Source: a virus (Duplodnaviria > Caudoviricetes). From it: 64,000 nt of DNA. This document shows, piece by piece, positions 36,072 to 46,461 of this stretch. The stretch's first letter is position 1, and each line of letters opens with the position of its first letter. The position numbers and the translations under genes are program-made. The notes below the pieces were generated by a model. The model was not told the DNA's origin, did not search any database, and saw only the letters and a program-made list of their open reading frames with translations. The DNA lies in IMG/VR virus record IMGVR_UViG_3300029288_000131, positions 25,175-89,174 of that record, one strand, 5' to 3'.

Positions 36072-37211
36072 ATGCCCCGCAGCTTGTCGGCAATCAAACT
36101 GAACGTGAAGCTCTCAGCAACGCTCCGTAATCTGCTTGACGATGCTGTGTATGCTTCTGTCAACCATCCGGGCTTAAACTACAGCCCCACGTTGGACGAC
36201 GGCATAGGCGACAATCAGGCGAACCGTAGCTGGCAGTCCTTGAGCCGTGCCCTGAACTGGAATGCTAGTGAGACTTTGGATCTCTACGACTTGGGAGCTG
36301 TTGACATCGGTGCCGGTGCTGGTCGGGACGGGTTGGGACAGCCCATTGCGTTTGAGGATGTGGTAGCCATAGCCATTGTCAATGATAACGCCGTGGATGA
36401 GACTGGTCAGTTGGAAATCATACCCGCCGTTGCCAATGGATGGACCCCCATCGGAGAGCATACGGTAGCAAATGGTGGAGCGCTACGTGGTCAAGGCATT
36501 CTGCTCAAGGCTCAAATTGCCGAGGATGGATTTGATGTTGAAGACGGGGTTAGTCATCAGATCACGTTGACGGCTCGGGAGGGCAATGTCGAATACAGCA
36601 TCTACTTGCTGACCAGACATGACGATGAGGAATCGACAAGCTCTTCTAGCTGGTCGAGTCACAATTCCAGCAGTTCTTCCAGCATCAGTACGAGTTCGAT
36701 CTCGACCAGCAGCCCGTCTAGTTCGTCTTGGTCGAGTCACAGTTCTAGCAGCTTGTCAAGTGTGTCCAGTCCGAGTTCCTCGTCTAGCTCTTCGAGCAGC
36801 AGTCCCAGCAGTTCTTCGAGTAGCAGTTCTTCATCTAGCATCAGCACCAGTTCTTCTAGCCCGAGCAGCATTAGCACGAGTTCGGCTAGTTCTAGTTCAT
36901 CGAGCATCAGCACAAGCAGCATCAGTACGAGTGCCCATGAGAGTTGGTTCATCTGGTGGCACAGCGGGTCTAGCACGTGGATCATCAACCATTCGGTTGG
37001 AGAGTTTCTTGAAGGAGGCTGGTCCTTAAACACTCCAAGCATTGAAGGAATCTATGGCCCAGGCGGTTCTTATAGCGGCTACCCGAAGGTGGATGCAAGT
37101 GGCGCTGACTATGAAGTAACGTACGATACCGAAGTGCCCGTTCCAGATTGTCGAGGTACTTACGTTCTGGCTGGCACTTACGGTGGAGAGAATTACTACG
37201 TGAGGAGCTGA
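36072..37211 (+). CDS. poly-Ser protein 3 (two domains joined by about 100-aa Ser tract)
   Basis: HDDEESTSSSS... tract at about 36632-36932. Confidence 0.75.
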   Translation: MPRSLSAIKLNVKLSATLRNLLDDAVYASVNHPGLNYSPTLDDGIGDNQANRSWQSLSRALNWNASETLDLYDLGAVDIGAGAGRDGLGQPIAFEDVVAIAIVNDNAVDETGQLEIIPAVANGWTPIGEHTVANGGALRGQGILLKAQIAEDGFDVEDGVSHQITLTAREGNVEYSIYLLTRHDDEESTSSSSWSSHNSSSSSSISTSSISTSSPSSSSWSSHSSSSLSSVSSPSSSSSSSSSSPSSSSSSSSSSSISTSSSSPSSISTSSASSSSSSISTSSISTSAHESWFIWWHSGSSTWIINHSVGEFLEGGWSLNTPSIEGIYGPGGSYSGYPKVDASGADYEVTYDTEVPVPDCRGTYVLAGTYGGENYYVRS

Positions 37212-37236
37212 TCCCAACCCTTAGCGGAGAAAGAAT

Positions 37237-37665
37237 ATGAGCAGCGAAAACACACTTACTGGCAGGAACGGCAAGTTCGTTGTTGCTGCCTCCCTGGTGG
37301 CACGAACAACCCAATGGAACGTGTCGCCGAAGCAAGCGGGTGGAAGCGAGTGGGGAGACAGCGACTCGGCTGGCTACACTAACCGCTCGCCCGGTCGTCG
37401 AGATTGCACTTTCACCGCCGAGGGAAAGTACGATACGACGGACGAAGTGTTCGACTTGTTCCAGCCTACGGACATCGCTACAGCGGTGCTGTGGTTGAAC
37501 AACGTCTCCCTCTATTGGGACTTCCCTCGTGCCTTGTGTTCCGACTTCAATCTGGTCGTTAACATCGATACAGAAGAAGTCATCGGTTGGACGAGTAGTT
37601 GGGGTGCCGACGGGCACTTCTACTATCCTGGAGAAGCGGGAGCAACCGTTCGGGCACTGCCGTGA
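37237..37665 (+). CDS. major tail (tube) protein
   Basis: 142 aa, beta-rich, G..GKFVV...W...; directly upstream of the chaperone pair and TMP. Confidence 0.7.
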   Translation: MSSENTLTGRNGKFVVAASLVARTTQWNVSPKQAGGSEWGDSDSAGYTNRSPGRRDCTFTAEGKYDTTDEVFDLFQPTDIATAVLWLNNVSLYWDFPRALCSDFNLVVNIDTEEVIGWTSSWGADGHFYYPGEAGATVRALP

Positions 37666-37895
37666 TTCAAGTTCAGAACATCCATCGTGTTGTTCGTGTT
37701 GAGGAGCACTGGCTGCCAACATGCCGGTGTGCTGAGTGCGTAGCTGAAAGAGAACGACGCAAGAGAACTGCAGACACCCCCATCCGACTCATCCCTTTGG
37801 CCGCAGCCCGTCTACTCGGGATTATCAAGCGACCGACCTCGGAAGGTTCTCTTGCACGTAAGATGATGAAGAAGGACAACGTGCGAGTTGGCTAG
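37662..37895 (+). CDS. hypothetical protein
   Basis: GTGA coupling; CRCAEC. Confidence 0.45.
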   Translation: MIQVQNIHRVVRVEEHWLPTCRCAECVAERERRKRTADTPIRLIPLAAARLLGIIKRPTSEGSLARKMMKKDNVRVG

Positions 37896-37948
37896 GCTCG
37901 GTGGCTTAGCCAGCTCGCACTTCAATTTCTTTCGAGGAGGACATTCCC

Positions 37949-38572
37949 ATGTCTGAGCGGGAAGCCAGAGCCGTGGCTGCTGGTGAATCTATTGAGGTCA
38001 ATGGCACGACCTATCGTTTGCGTCCCATCTCGTTCCAGCACCTTTGCGATTTGGAACGGGATGCTCTTCGGTACTACAAGCGGCAGTACCTTGAGACGTT
38101 CAGGGACAACGCTGATCTCTTGGGCGATGATGCACATACCGTGCTCACTCAGGAGATGGCAAAGGCGGCGAAGTGGGACCTGGAAGATTTGCCCCAGCGT
38201 GCCGTGCACGATGTGCGGGGCATGAAAGTCACGGAGAAGCTGAAGAAGTGGATAGAAGACAAGTACGGAGAGGTCCCCAAAGAGGAGCAGGCCATCAAAG
38301 CACTCGTTTCGATGGCCCTCGATTCAGAGGCTTTGAAGGTCCAAGACGTAAAGGAGATGACGGGAGTCACTCCGACAAAGGGCATGGTTCGTTATGACAA
38401 CTGGTGGGTGACGGGATCGATGGACGGCATGCTGTCGTTCATTCTGACGTCGTTGAGGGAAGATCATCCACAAATGACCCGTGCAGATGTCGTGAAGTGG
38501 CCTTTGTCAGCAATTGCAGAAGCAGTGAAGATCGTCGGTGACATTACGACGGTTTCACTGGGAAATGGATAG
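37949..38572 (+). CDS. tail assembly chaperone (G-like)
   Basis: GAGGAGG RBS; ends at a slippery site upstream of TMP. Confidence 0.75.
   Translation: MSEREARAVAAGESIEVNGTTYRLRPISFQHLCDLERDALRYYKRQYLETFRDNADLLGDDAHTVLTQEMAKAAKWDLEDLPQRAVHDVRGMKVTEKLKKWIEDKYGEVPKEEQAIKALVSMALDSEALKVQDVKEMTGVTPTKGMVRYDNWWVTGSMDGMLSFILTSLREDHPQMTRADVVKWPLSAIAEAVKIVGDITTVSLGNG
38560..38566 (+). other. -1 programmed frameshift site G GGA AAT
   Basis: XXXYYYZ heptamer; the -1 frame is open from 38560 through GTG 38611 to stop 38973. Confidence 0.8.
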
Positions 38573-38610
38573 AGCCCGCTGCTTCGGATGAGCCTTCCCC
38601 AGAAGGGGAG

Positions 38611-38973
38611 GTGATTGAGAGCAGCGGGTTGACATGCGGGATTACAGCATACCATTTGAGATTGCTGTGTGAGAATCCTTGGGAGGGAGGAGCTGGCTAT
38701 GCTCCCTCCCAAGTCCAATGCTTGACGTTGGACCAGATCATGTTTCGACTTTGTGATCGCAAGTTACTGAAGGACCCGATAAAGAAGAGGAAGCAAAGCA
38801 TGGAACCTCTACGGCTGACAGAGCGGTTGAAGCCTGATTCAGAAGGGCTGTTCTCAGGACGTGCTGTTGATGGTACTGTTATTCGAGCACGAATTGGAGG
38901 CAAGAGCAAGGCGAGGATGTTGATGGAAGCTGAGGAAAAGAAGCAGAAGAAACGTAATAAGAGGAGACGTTGA
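38611..38973 (+). CDS. tail assembly chaperone extension (T-like)
   Basis: In the -1 frame of the upstream ORF. Confidence 0.7.
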   Translation: MIESSGLTCGITAYHLRLLCENPWEGGAGYAPSQVQCLTLDQIMFRLCDRKLLKDPIKKRKQSMEPLRLTERLKPDSEGLFSGRAVDGTVIRARIGGKSKARMLMEAEEKKQKKRNKRRR

Positions 38974-38974
38974 T

Positions 38975-41203
38975 ATGCCTGCAGGATTGGAATTGGCAAA
39001 AGCATACGTTCGCGTCAGGGCTGACTCTGGTCAATTGGGGGGCGATCTAAATAACGTTCGTCAAGAAGTGACTGGACAGCTCCAAGCTATGACGGCTGAC
39101 ATCATGCGGTCTGTCATGGGAATGCTTGCTGCCTATTCTGGTGCTGCTTTTCAGCAGATGGGATTGAGACAGGCGGCAGCCTTTGAGCAAACACAAATTG
39201 CTTTCACTACGATGCTTGGGTCTGCCAAAGAGACAGAAGATGTGCTTGCTAGGTTGACGGAGTTTGCTGCTTTGACTCCATTTGAGATGCCCGGGATTTT
39301 GCAAGCAGCACGTGGATTGATTCAGTTTGGTGAACGTGGTGATGACATGATGGTGACTTTGAAGGCATTGGGAAATGCAGCGTCGGGCACCTCTTCAGAC
39401 TTTGGCATGATTGCTCTCATCTACAACCAGATTCGTGGTGTTGGAAAGCTACTCACTCAAGACTTCCGGCAGTTGTCTACTCGTGGTATTTTGAGCTTGC
39501 AGGACCTTGCCGACTACTTCAAGGTGACGACGGAGGAAGCTCAGACCATGCTTAGTAAGGGTATGGTCAGTTTCGAGGATGTAAGAAAGATCTTCATCTC
39601 CCTTGGAGAAGAGGGAGGACGTTTTGCAAACATGATGGAGAAGCAGGCCAAGTCTTACACAGGTTTGCTAAGCACCCTTTCGGATGCTATTGGCATCACG
39701 GCAAGAACGGCTGTGACTCCATTCATGGAGAAGTTGAAGGTATTGTTAGGTGTGAAAATACAGTTGCTCGAACGTATTCGGGCACTGGTACAAGCGATGC
39801 CGAATCTTGCTTCCAACGTACTGATGGTAAATGCTTCTTTGGTGACGATTACGGCCACCCTCTATTCGTTGATGGTAGCTGCTAGACTGTTGGGTATCAC
39901 CATTAAGAAGACTTTGATCGCTACTGGAATTGGTGCAGTTATTGTACTGCTTGGAACAATGGCAGCAGTGGTCATTACGATACTTGAGAAGGTTTACAGT
40001 TGGGCGTTGAAGCAGAAGGAAGTACAAGAGGCATTGACACGAGCAGCGAAAAGGTTTCAGGAGGCATGGGGCAATATCAGAGAGTCAGCAGCGAAGCTAT
40101 ACGAGACATTCAGGATGCTTCTCTATTGGGCGTTGAAGCCATTCGGCGTGGAGCTCGCTATGATACCGAAGGCATTTGCCGGTCTGGTGGCCCTGGCAAT
40201 TGATAAGGTGTCGGAATTGGTACAGTGGCTCAGTCGAGCTGTTCGTGTCATTGCTCAGACTCCTATTCTCTTTGCCACTAGGATATTGATGATCATTGAG
40301 TCTGCTTGGGCTACGATAAAAGAAGTGATTACCAATGCTATTCTTCTACCGTGGAAGCTGTTGAAGGCTACTTTCTTCGGTATTATGGGAGCGATAGGAG
40401 TTGCCATCAAGAAGTTGGGGACGTTGCTTGTTGCTACTTTTGCTTCGGCTTGGGAGGGCGTGAAGACGTTCTTCACGAACATCTTGAAAGCCTTGGAAAT
40501 AATGGCATCGACCTTGCCTAAGATATTTGGCAACATGGGCAGAGCAATGGCAAGTGAGCTTATCCAAAACATGCCGGAGAAGCTGAGGGGATGGCTTGGA
40601 TTGGAAACACCTGGAGCAGTAGGTCCAAGCATCAGTCAAATTATGGGAGATGCAAAGAGACAACTGGGTGCTTTGGACTGGGACATCGGCTCAATTATGA
40701 GTAAGAAGTTTGAGGAGAAGGGTGGCAAAGCTGCCATGCAGAATTGGGGCAAGGAGTTGTGGGAGGCATTTAAGAAACCGTTTGCTGATACGGATTGGAG
40801 CTTGCTGGGTCCAGCAGCATCAAGACTGAAGTATTGGCTTACAGAGACTGTGCAAGATTTTCGTCGACGGATGGCTGGGATCGCTTTGGGACAGGAGATC
40901 GGGGAGAGGCTTGGACAGGGATCGAACTGGCTGATGAAGCAATTCATGCGAGCAAGGGACATGCTGAAGAAGAAGGTGGGAGAAGAAGAAGAGACTCCCA
41001 TAGCATTCTCGATAGGAGCTGGACGAACAGGCTTTGCCGATCTCGGCCGTAAGATTCAAGACGAGCTGTTGAAGACGGAGGACCCTGCCAAAGAAACGGC
41101 CAAGAACACGGCCAAGGTGCCTCCACTCTTGGAGAGTCTGTTGAAGGCTGTCAAGGAACCATTGAAGTCAGTTGTTGGTCTCGGTGCCCCAGGTGGAATA
41201 TGA
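38975..41203 (+). CDS. tape measure protein
   Basis: LAKAYVRVRAD; AAAFEQTQIAFTTMLGSA...AALTPFE tape-measure domain; amphipathic helical repeats. Confidence 0.92.
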   Translation: MPAGLELAKAYVRVRADSGQLGGDLNNVRQEVTGQLQAMTADIMRSVMGMLAAYSGAAFQQMGLRQAAAFEQTQIAFTTMLGSAKETEDVLARLTEFAALTPFEMPGILQAARGLIQFGERGDDMMVTLKALGNAASGTSSDFGMIALIYNQIRGVGKLLTQDFRQLSTRGILSLQDLADYFKVTTEEAQTMLSKGMVSFEDVRKIFISLGEEGGRFANMMEKQAKSYTGLLSTLSDAIGITARTAVTPFMEKLKVLLGVKIQLLERIRALVQAMPNLASNVLMVNASLVTITATLYSLMVAARLLGITIKKTLIATGIGAVIVLLGTMAAVVITILEKVYSWALKQKEVQEALTRAAKRFQEAWGNIRESAAKLYETFRMLLYWALKPFGVELAMIPKAFAGLVALAIDKVSELVQWLSRAVRVIAQTPILFATRILMIIESAWATIKEVITNAILLPWKLLKATFFGIMGAIGVAIKKLGTLLVATFASAWEGVKTFFTNILKALEIMASTLPKIFGNMGRAMASELIQNMPEKLRGWLGLETPGAVGPSISQIMGDAKRQLGALDWDIGSIMSKKFEEKGGKAAMQNWGKELWEAFKKPFADTDWSLLGPAASRLKYWLTETVQDFRRRMAGIALGQEIGERLGQGSNWLMKQFMRARDMLKKKVGEEEETPIAFSIGAGRTGFADLGRKIQDELLKTEDPAKETAKNTAKVPPLLESLLKAVKEPLKSVVGLGAPGGI

Positions 41204-42102
41204 GTGTCAACGTACCAGCTTCGTTGTGGCGACTGAAGACTCTCGGTGGAATACCAATCAAGATTCTCAGTCGCAATGGTAGCTTCGGGATGGAGAATGC
41301 TTCGGCTACAGAGGAGATACTGATTCAAGCCTCTGATTTGGGAGCATTCGTTTCTGAGATTCTGCCTGCTCCCATTATCTTCATGGGCATGTTAATTTAC
41401 CCCACTCGCAGGAGATTTCCAGGGGCACCGTGGCTTGTGGCCGATACTGTAACTTGGACGGCGTTTGACGATGTAAAGCCCATTGATCCATTCGGCTCCG
41501 ACAGCGGAGCACCTGAGGACACCTACGACAAGTTCTTGAAGGTCACGATCAACTACGTCACGTCTCCTCAGAACGATCAGGACCAAGATCCGAACGACCC
41601 GACCACGTTCTTGCAGGTAAGCACGTCGGCTGCCGGGCACTATTTGCATGGGGAGTTGAGAGGTGCTGTAGATGAAGATGGAGAAGAGATACGTGAGCCC
41701 GATGTTCCCAACATGGTGACGGAGACAATCATTGAGTGGAATCTCGTATGGCCTCAGATACCGGGAGACTTCTTTCGTGACACTTTGATGGATCGTCTTC
41801 GCAAGGCGGCTGGCAAGGTGAACAGTACCGTGATGAGATTGTTCAACGACGCCCCGAAGCATACGCTGCTGTTTACCAGCTTCGACCATCAAGAAAGCTA
41901 CACTTGGAGGGAAGGACGAATTGGCAAATCTCCCATCCAGTTGACTATGAAGTTCACGGAGAAAAACTTTGAGGATGTAGATGGCAAGAACATTACACAC
42001 GATCACTACTGGATTCCCAGCAAAGGCTGGAAGAAGATAACAATCAACGGCAAAGATCCATATCCCGAAACCGACTTCAACAATCTGTTCAAGCCAACGT
42101 GA
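41200..42102 (+). CDS. distal tail/baseplate-like protein
   Basis: Immediately after TMP; beta-rich 300 aa. Confidence 0.55.
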   Translation: MSVNVPASLWRLKTLGGIPIKILSRNGSFGMENASATEEILIQASDLGAFVSEILPAPIIFMGMLIYPTRRRFPGAPWLVADTVTWTAFDDVKPIDPFGSDSGAPEDTYDKFLKVTINYVTSPQNDQDQDPNDPTTFLQVSTSAAGHYLHGELRGAVDEDGEEIREPDVPNMVTETIIEWNLVWPQIPGDFFRDTLMDRLRKAAGKVNSTVMRLFNDAPKHTLLFTSFDHQESYTWREGRIGKSPIQLTMKFTEKNFEDVDGKNITHDHYWIPSKGWKKITINGKDPYPETDFNNLFKPT

Positions 42103-43472
42103 GAGAAACAGTCCCCGTAGACAAGAAGCCCGGCGATGCTTTGTCAGCAAAGCACATCAATCGTCTAGGCATCGTATCGAATCGAATGTCGAGACTGATG
42201 TGCTCGAACGTTTCGGCCTCTCACCATACGGGTTCTCATATCGGCGTGGTTGCTCACGCTCCTTGGAAGCAGCAGATCGTCATCGTCACCGATTTGCAAA
42301 TCTCAGAAGACGATCCCGTTTACAATCGTCTCTATCTGGTACGACCCCGATACTACAAGAGCGAAGTTGGTTATTGGGATTTGGATGTTAGTGCCGAATG
42401 GATACTCGACGCCAGGGACATGGAGCTCGACCTAGCCGTAGGTGATAAGGTGGTTGCCTATTGGGACAGGCAGCGCGGCGCGTTCGTGCCTTGCTGGCAT
42501 TGGGAACCGACCTCGTTGGTGGATTGCAACAGCGAGGGGTACGAGCTAATTCCAGTGACGAACTACTTCAATTCTGACATCCATTTTGCACTGGAGCTGT
42601 CTCAAGACGGAGTGACGAATTGGGGGGCAGTGAATGATCGTGTATGCAAAATCAATGCTAATGTAGTGCTAGAAAAGACTCACGGGATTGCTTATGCGTC
42701 TGGCAGCATATTCTACACGTTCCGGGTGGCAGGCGAGGGTGAGTGTTATCTACGGGTGGCAATGGAAACAGGACTGCACGAAATTGATGGTACACCTGTT
42801 TCTGTTCATCTTGAGAATTCGTGCGTAAGGCTTGAAGCCAAGGCGGAGAATGGGATAGCAAGTACCCATGGATTCACCGTTCGAGACAGATTCATAGGCG
42901 TGGGACCAGCGGGCAACGTAGCGACGGGATGGTCACTTGAGGCTAGCATACAAAACGAAGCCGTTCTCAAGGTCCCTGTGTTTGCAAGTGATGGAACCAG
43001 AATCAAGATCACATGCCCACCCGATCCGGGAGGCACGCTCGAACGGTGGACTGTCAAAGTCGATTTGGCTATGGTGTTTTCCATCATGGAAGAAGAAGAA
43101 ACCTCTTCCAGTTGCACATCTTCGATTTCTACTTCCTCCTTATCTGGCTCGTCTTATACATCATCCAGCTCCATTTCTACATCATCCATTTCTACATCGT
43201 CTAGCTCTTCGTCTTTGTCATCGTCCTCAGGTACATTGTGTGACATGCTTATACATCCCGACGATTGTTGGTTGGGGTGTGACGGTGGATATATCAAGCA
43301 CAAGCATCCACATGATAAAGACACCTTTGCCGACTGCAACAACACTCATTGGACAGGACTGGTGGGGTTCTGTGGATTTCAGTTCGACGACGCTGGTCAC
43401 GTTATGGGATACCACACATCTGGAGTAGGAGGGCAATGGGAGTCTCCGTGGGGGTTCCCTGATCCGAATTGA
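42099..43472 (+). CDS. tail-tip-region protein with poly-Ser tract (poly-Ser protein 4)
   Basis: MEEEETSSSC... tract at about 43103-43230; GTGA coupling. Confidence 0.6.
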   Translation: MRETVPVDKKPGDALSAKHINRLGIVSNRMSRLMCSNVSASHHTGSHIGVVAHAPWKQQIVIVTDLQISEDDPVYNRLYLVRPRYYKSEVGYWDLDVSAEWILDARDMELDLAVGDKVVAYWDRQRGAFVPCWHWEPTSLVDCNSEGYELIPVTNYFNSDIHFALELSQDGVTNWGAVNDRVCKINANVVLEKTHGIAYASGSIFYTFRVAGEGECYLRVAMETGLHEIDGTPVSVHLENSCVRLEAKAENGIASTHGFTVRDRFIGVGPAGNVATGWSLEASIQNEAVLKVPVFASDGTRIKITCPPDPGGTLERWTVKVDLAMVFSIMEEEETSSSCTSSISTSSLSGSSYTSSSSISTSSISTSSSSSSLSSSSGTLCDMLIHPDDCWLGCDGGYIKHKHPHDKDTFADCNNTHWTGLVGFCGFQFDDAGHVMGYHTSGVGGQWESPWGFPDPN

Positions 43473-43473
43473 T

Positions 43474-44058
43474 ATGATGAACTTGAACGAGATCAAAGCA
43501 TACGTAATGACACGACACGAGCCACCGTGCCGTGAACTGAGTCGGTGGCTGTTCGGGCACCGACTGGACTGGTCCTACTCGTCCTCCGAGTTCGGGATCG
43601 ACGTAGCGAGGAACCAAACGGTCAATCGTTTTCTGCAAGAGCAGGTTCCAAAGGGCAAGCAGTATTTGATGATGATCGATGCTGATATGGTGCCAGTGGT
43701 TGACACCCATCGAATCATATCGGCCGACGGTGATTTGGTATGGTGTGGTTATACCGAGGAACCACCTGCCAAGGGTCACTACGGGGAGGGGGATTTTGGA
43801 GCAGCATGTTTCAGGGCTTCTGCTAGTCTGCTGAGCAGGATGCAGCAGCCGTGGTTCAAGATGAAGTATGATGGATGCTTGGGCAGGAGGCTGGCTTGCG
43901 AGTGTAGTTACTTTGCTGCTTGTGCTCGTGGACAGGGGGTCGAACCTCGTATGGTCGGGATAATAGGACATGCCCGACGGTGCATCATGTTTCCAACTCC
44001 AGAGACAACTCTAGGATGGAAGATTTGCTTCCCACACGAACTGCCTTACCACGACTGA
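43474..44058 (+). CDS. glycosyltransferase-like protein (GT-A)
   Basis: DVARN, YLMMIDADMVP (DxD), PWF...EC.YF. Confidence 0.65.
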   Translation: MMNLNEIKAYVMTRHEPPCRELSRWLFGHRLDWSYSSSEFGIDVARNQTVNRFLQEQVPKGKQYLMMIDADMVPVVDTHRIISADGDLVWCGYTEEPPAKGHYGEGDFGAACFRASASLLSRMQQPWFKMKYDGCLGRRLACECSYFAACARGQGVEPRMVGIIGHARRCIMFPTPETTLGWKICFPHELPYHD

Positions 44059-44068
44059 GGTGGTTTCA

Positions 44069-44347
44069 ATGGCTTGCGGTTGTCGGACTGGCAGTGCAAA
44101 ATCACTGGCCGTTCGTTACGGGAAGGCGGTTGCTCGTTGGTTGCGAGCAGGACGTCCTGTTCGCAGCAAGAGGAAAGTACGAAGGATCTTTAGACGATGC
44201 TGTAAGACCTGTCCCTCAATACGTCTCTTGCCTAGTGGCAAATCGGGCACGTGCTCCGCCTGTGGATGCAGAGTGGCGGGGGAGGGAAGAGCTTGGCGAA
44301 ACAAGATACGAATGAAAACTGAGAACTGCCCGGAGAACAAGTGGTGA
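44069..44347 (+). CDS. small Cys-rich protein
   Basis: CCKTC...CSACGC...KIRMKTENCPENKW. Confidence 0.65.
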   Translation: MACGCRTGSAKSLAVRYGKAVARWLRAGRPVRSKRKVRRIFRRCCKTCPSIRLLPSGKSGTCSACGCRVAGEGRAWRNKIRMKTENCPENKW

Positions 44348-45285
44348 GTTGTGCTTACGAGAAGGACGGCTCGGGATGCTACTTGCACAAGCAGAGTTGT
44401 GAGAAGTGCAAGGATCGTCTATCTATTGACGATCCCGAGTTCTCGAAAAAGTGGGTCGATCCTCTCTTAGTGACGGACAGGAACCAAAAGCCCGTGGAGT
44501 GCTTACGGGACATGCTGGCAGGGACCAGCGTATTCCTTGCTTGTGGCGGACCTAGTGCTAACGACGTCGCCTTGGAGCAGTTAAATGGTAGGGGCACGTG
44601 GACCCTGGCCATCAACAATATGGCCGCCCATCATCGGTTTCGTCCGCAAGCGTTTCTGTTCTCAGACCCACCGTCGAAGTTCTCATCCAGCATTTGGCTC
44701 GATCCTGGCATCATGAAGTTTGCCCCCATCCCGAAGCTCAGAGGACGGCGAGGGGGGATTCGCAGGAAGGTGGACGGGAAGTTTGAGCAGCTCGACGTTC
44801 GTACATACCAATGCCCGAACGTCTGGGGTTTTCAACGGGACAGTTGGCTGTGGCCTGACGACCGCTTCTTCCTCACCGAGTCTGCATGTTGGGGCAATCA
44901 CAATGCAGGGGTGAAGAAGACGGGACAGCCCAAGACCGTTTGCACGATGCTGCTCGGGCTGCGACTGCTTCGATATTTGGGAGCGAGACGGGTGTTCCTG
45001 ATCGGTGTCGACTTTCGCATGTCCCCTGACTATGGATACGCATTTGGACAAGAGCGGGACAGTGAAGCGGCTCACAGCAACAATGCTCAATTCAAGGTGG
45101 TCAACGATTGGCTGGTCGAGATGCAACGCAACGGAACATTCTCCCGGTTCGGGATGGAGATTCTCAATTGCAATCAGTTCAGCTCTCTCCGGGCATTTCC
45201 CTACATCCCGTTCGACGAGGCGATGATAATAGGGAGGGGTATGGTCGAGGAGTTTCCCGATACAGCAGGGTGGTACGAAAAATAA
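44341..45285 (+). CDS. DUF115/Maf-like putative glycosyltransferase, paralog 2
   Basis: VFLACGGPS, LAINN, CTMLLGLRLLRYLGARRVFLIGVD, ILNCN. Confidence 0.6.
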   Translation: MVSCAYEKDGSGCYLHKQSCEKCKDRLSIDDPEFSKKWVDPLLVTDRNQKPVECLRDMLAGTSVFLACGGPSANDVALEQLNGRGTWTLAINNMAAHHRFRPQAFLFSDPPSKFSSSIWLDPGIMKFAPIPKLRGRRGGIRRKVDGKFEQLDVRTYQCPNVWGFQRDSWLWPDDRFFLTESACWGNHNAGVKKTGQPKTVCTMLLGLRLLRYLGARRVFLIGVDFRMSPDYGYAFGQERDSEAAHSNNAQFKVVNDWLVEMQRNGTFSRFGMEILNCNQFSSLRAFPYIPFDEAMIIGRGMVEEFPDTAGWYEK

Positions 45286-45290
45286 GGACG

Positions 45291-45662
45291 ATGAAAATGA
45301 TACCGTCGATTGGGTCGAAGCAGGGCAAAGTGTGGGGAACGACTCAATTGGTCTTTTCCCACAATGACATCGAAGCACACGAAATCGTTGTTGAAGCTGG
45401 CGGTTATTGCAGCCGTCACTACCATAAGAACAAGTGGAATCGGTTCTACGTTTGCAGTGGTAGTTTGATAGTGAGAATGTTTCAAGAGAATCAAGTGGAC
45501 GAGACCGTGGTAGAAGAGGGGGAAACCACGGATGTTCCTCCTGGCGTCTTGCACGAGTTTGAGGCACGGGAAGCTGCAATAGCATTTGAATTCTACTGGA
45601 CGGAACTCGACCCAAATGACATCGAACGGGAGAACGTCGGAGGGATGAAAAGTGATTCCTGA
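45291..45662 (+). CDS. cupin-domain protein (sugar isomerase-like)
   Basis: CSRHYHKNKWNRF, VPPGVLHEF. Confidence 0.8.
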   Translation: MKMIPSIGSKQGKVWGTTQLVFSHNDIEAHEIVVEAGGYCSRHYHKNKWNRFYVCSGSLIVRMFQENQVDETVVEEGETTDVPPGVLHEFEAREAAIAFEFYWTELDPNDIERENVGGMKSDS

Positions 45663-46461
45663 TTACACCCTCGTCATCGGCGTCGACCAATCCCACCTCC
45701 AGCAGTTGACGTGGACGTGGCCCACCTGGAGGAAGCACAAGCCCTCCATCTTGAAGCACCCCATGATTGTCTTTCGGGATTGGCAGCAGGTGACGGAGGA
45801 GCAAGTCAAGGCAGTCGTAGACCATCCAAATCTACGGGTGTACTCGTGGCCTCCGGTGAAGATGGAGTATGAACGGGTGGGGGAGGATCGCTTCGGTGAT
45901 CCGCAGCGACACAAAATGTTGTCAGGCTTCATCTACGTTGCTGCTGCTTTTGTTCGCACTCCATACTGGCTGAAGCTCGACACGGATGTCGTAGCTACGG
46001 GCAGGGACGATTGGATAGATCCGAACTGGTTCACAGACGAGCCCGCCATTGTATCTCACCCGTGGGCATTTACACGACCTCCGGATCAGATGTTGAAATT
46101 GGATGCATGGGTCGAGGCGAACAAGAACAAGATGCCAGTGCTGTCGAGTTTGCCTCCATTGGATATGCGTCCCATTCCTGGCAAGGATCGCTTGGATCAC
46201 AAGCGAATCATCAGTTGGTGTGCTTTCTTCAACACACGATTCACCACGATTTGTCGAGATGTGGCTAGGTCAGCTTGTGGCAACTTGAAGCTACCTATCC
46301 CGTCGCAAGACGGGTTTTGCTGGTACGTTGCCGCTAGGATGGGACTGGGTGTCCAGCGACATCAAATGAAGAAGAGGGGATGGCAGCACTGGCACACGAG
46401 TTGGAATATACGAACCCATGCTGAGGAGGCGATGAAGGATGGCAAGCTATTTGTTTCGTAG
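45652..46461 (+). CDS. glycosyltransferase-like protein (GT-A)
   Basis: YWLKLDTDVV (DxD). Confidence 0.6.
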   Translation: MIPDYTLVIGVDQSHLQQLTWTWPTWRKHKPSILKHPMIVFRDWQQVTEEQVKAVVDHPNLRVYSWPPVKMEYERVGEDRFGDPQRHKMLSGFIYVAAAFVRTPYWLKLDTDVVATGRDDWIDPNWFTDEPAIVSHPWAFTRPPDQMLKLDAWVEANKNKMPVLSSLPPLDMRPIPGKDRLDHKRIISWCAFFNTRFTTICRDVARSACGNLKLPIPSQDGFCWYVAARMGLGVQRHQMKKRGWQHWHTSWNIRTHAEEAMKDGKLFVS

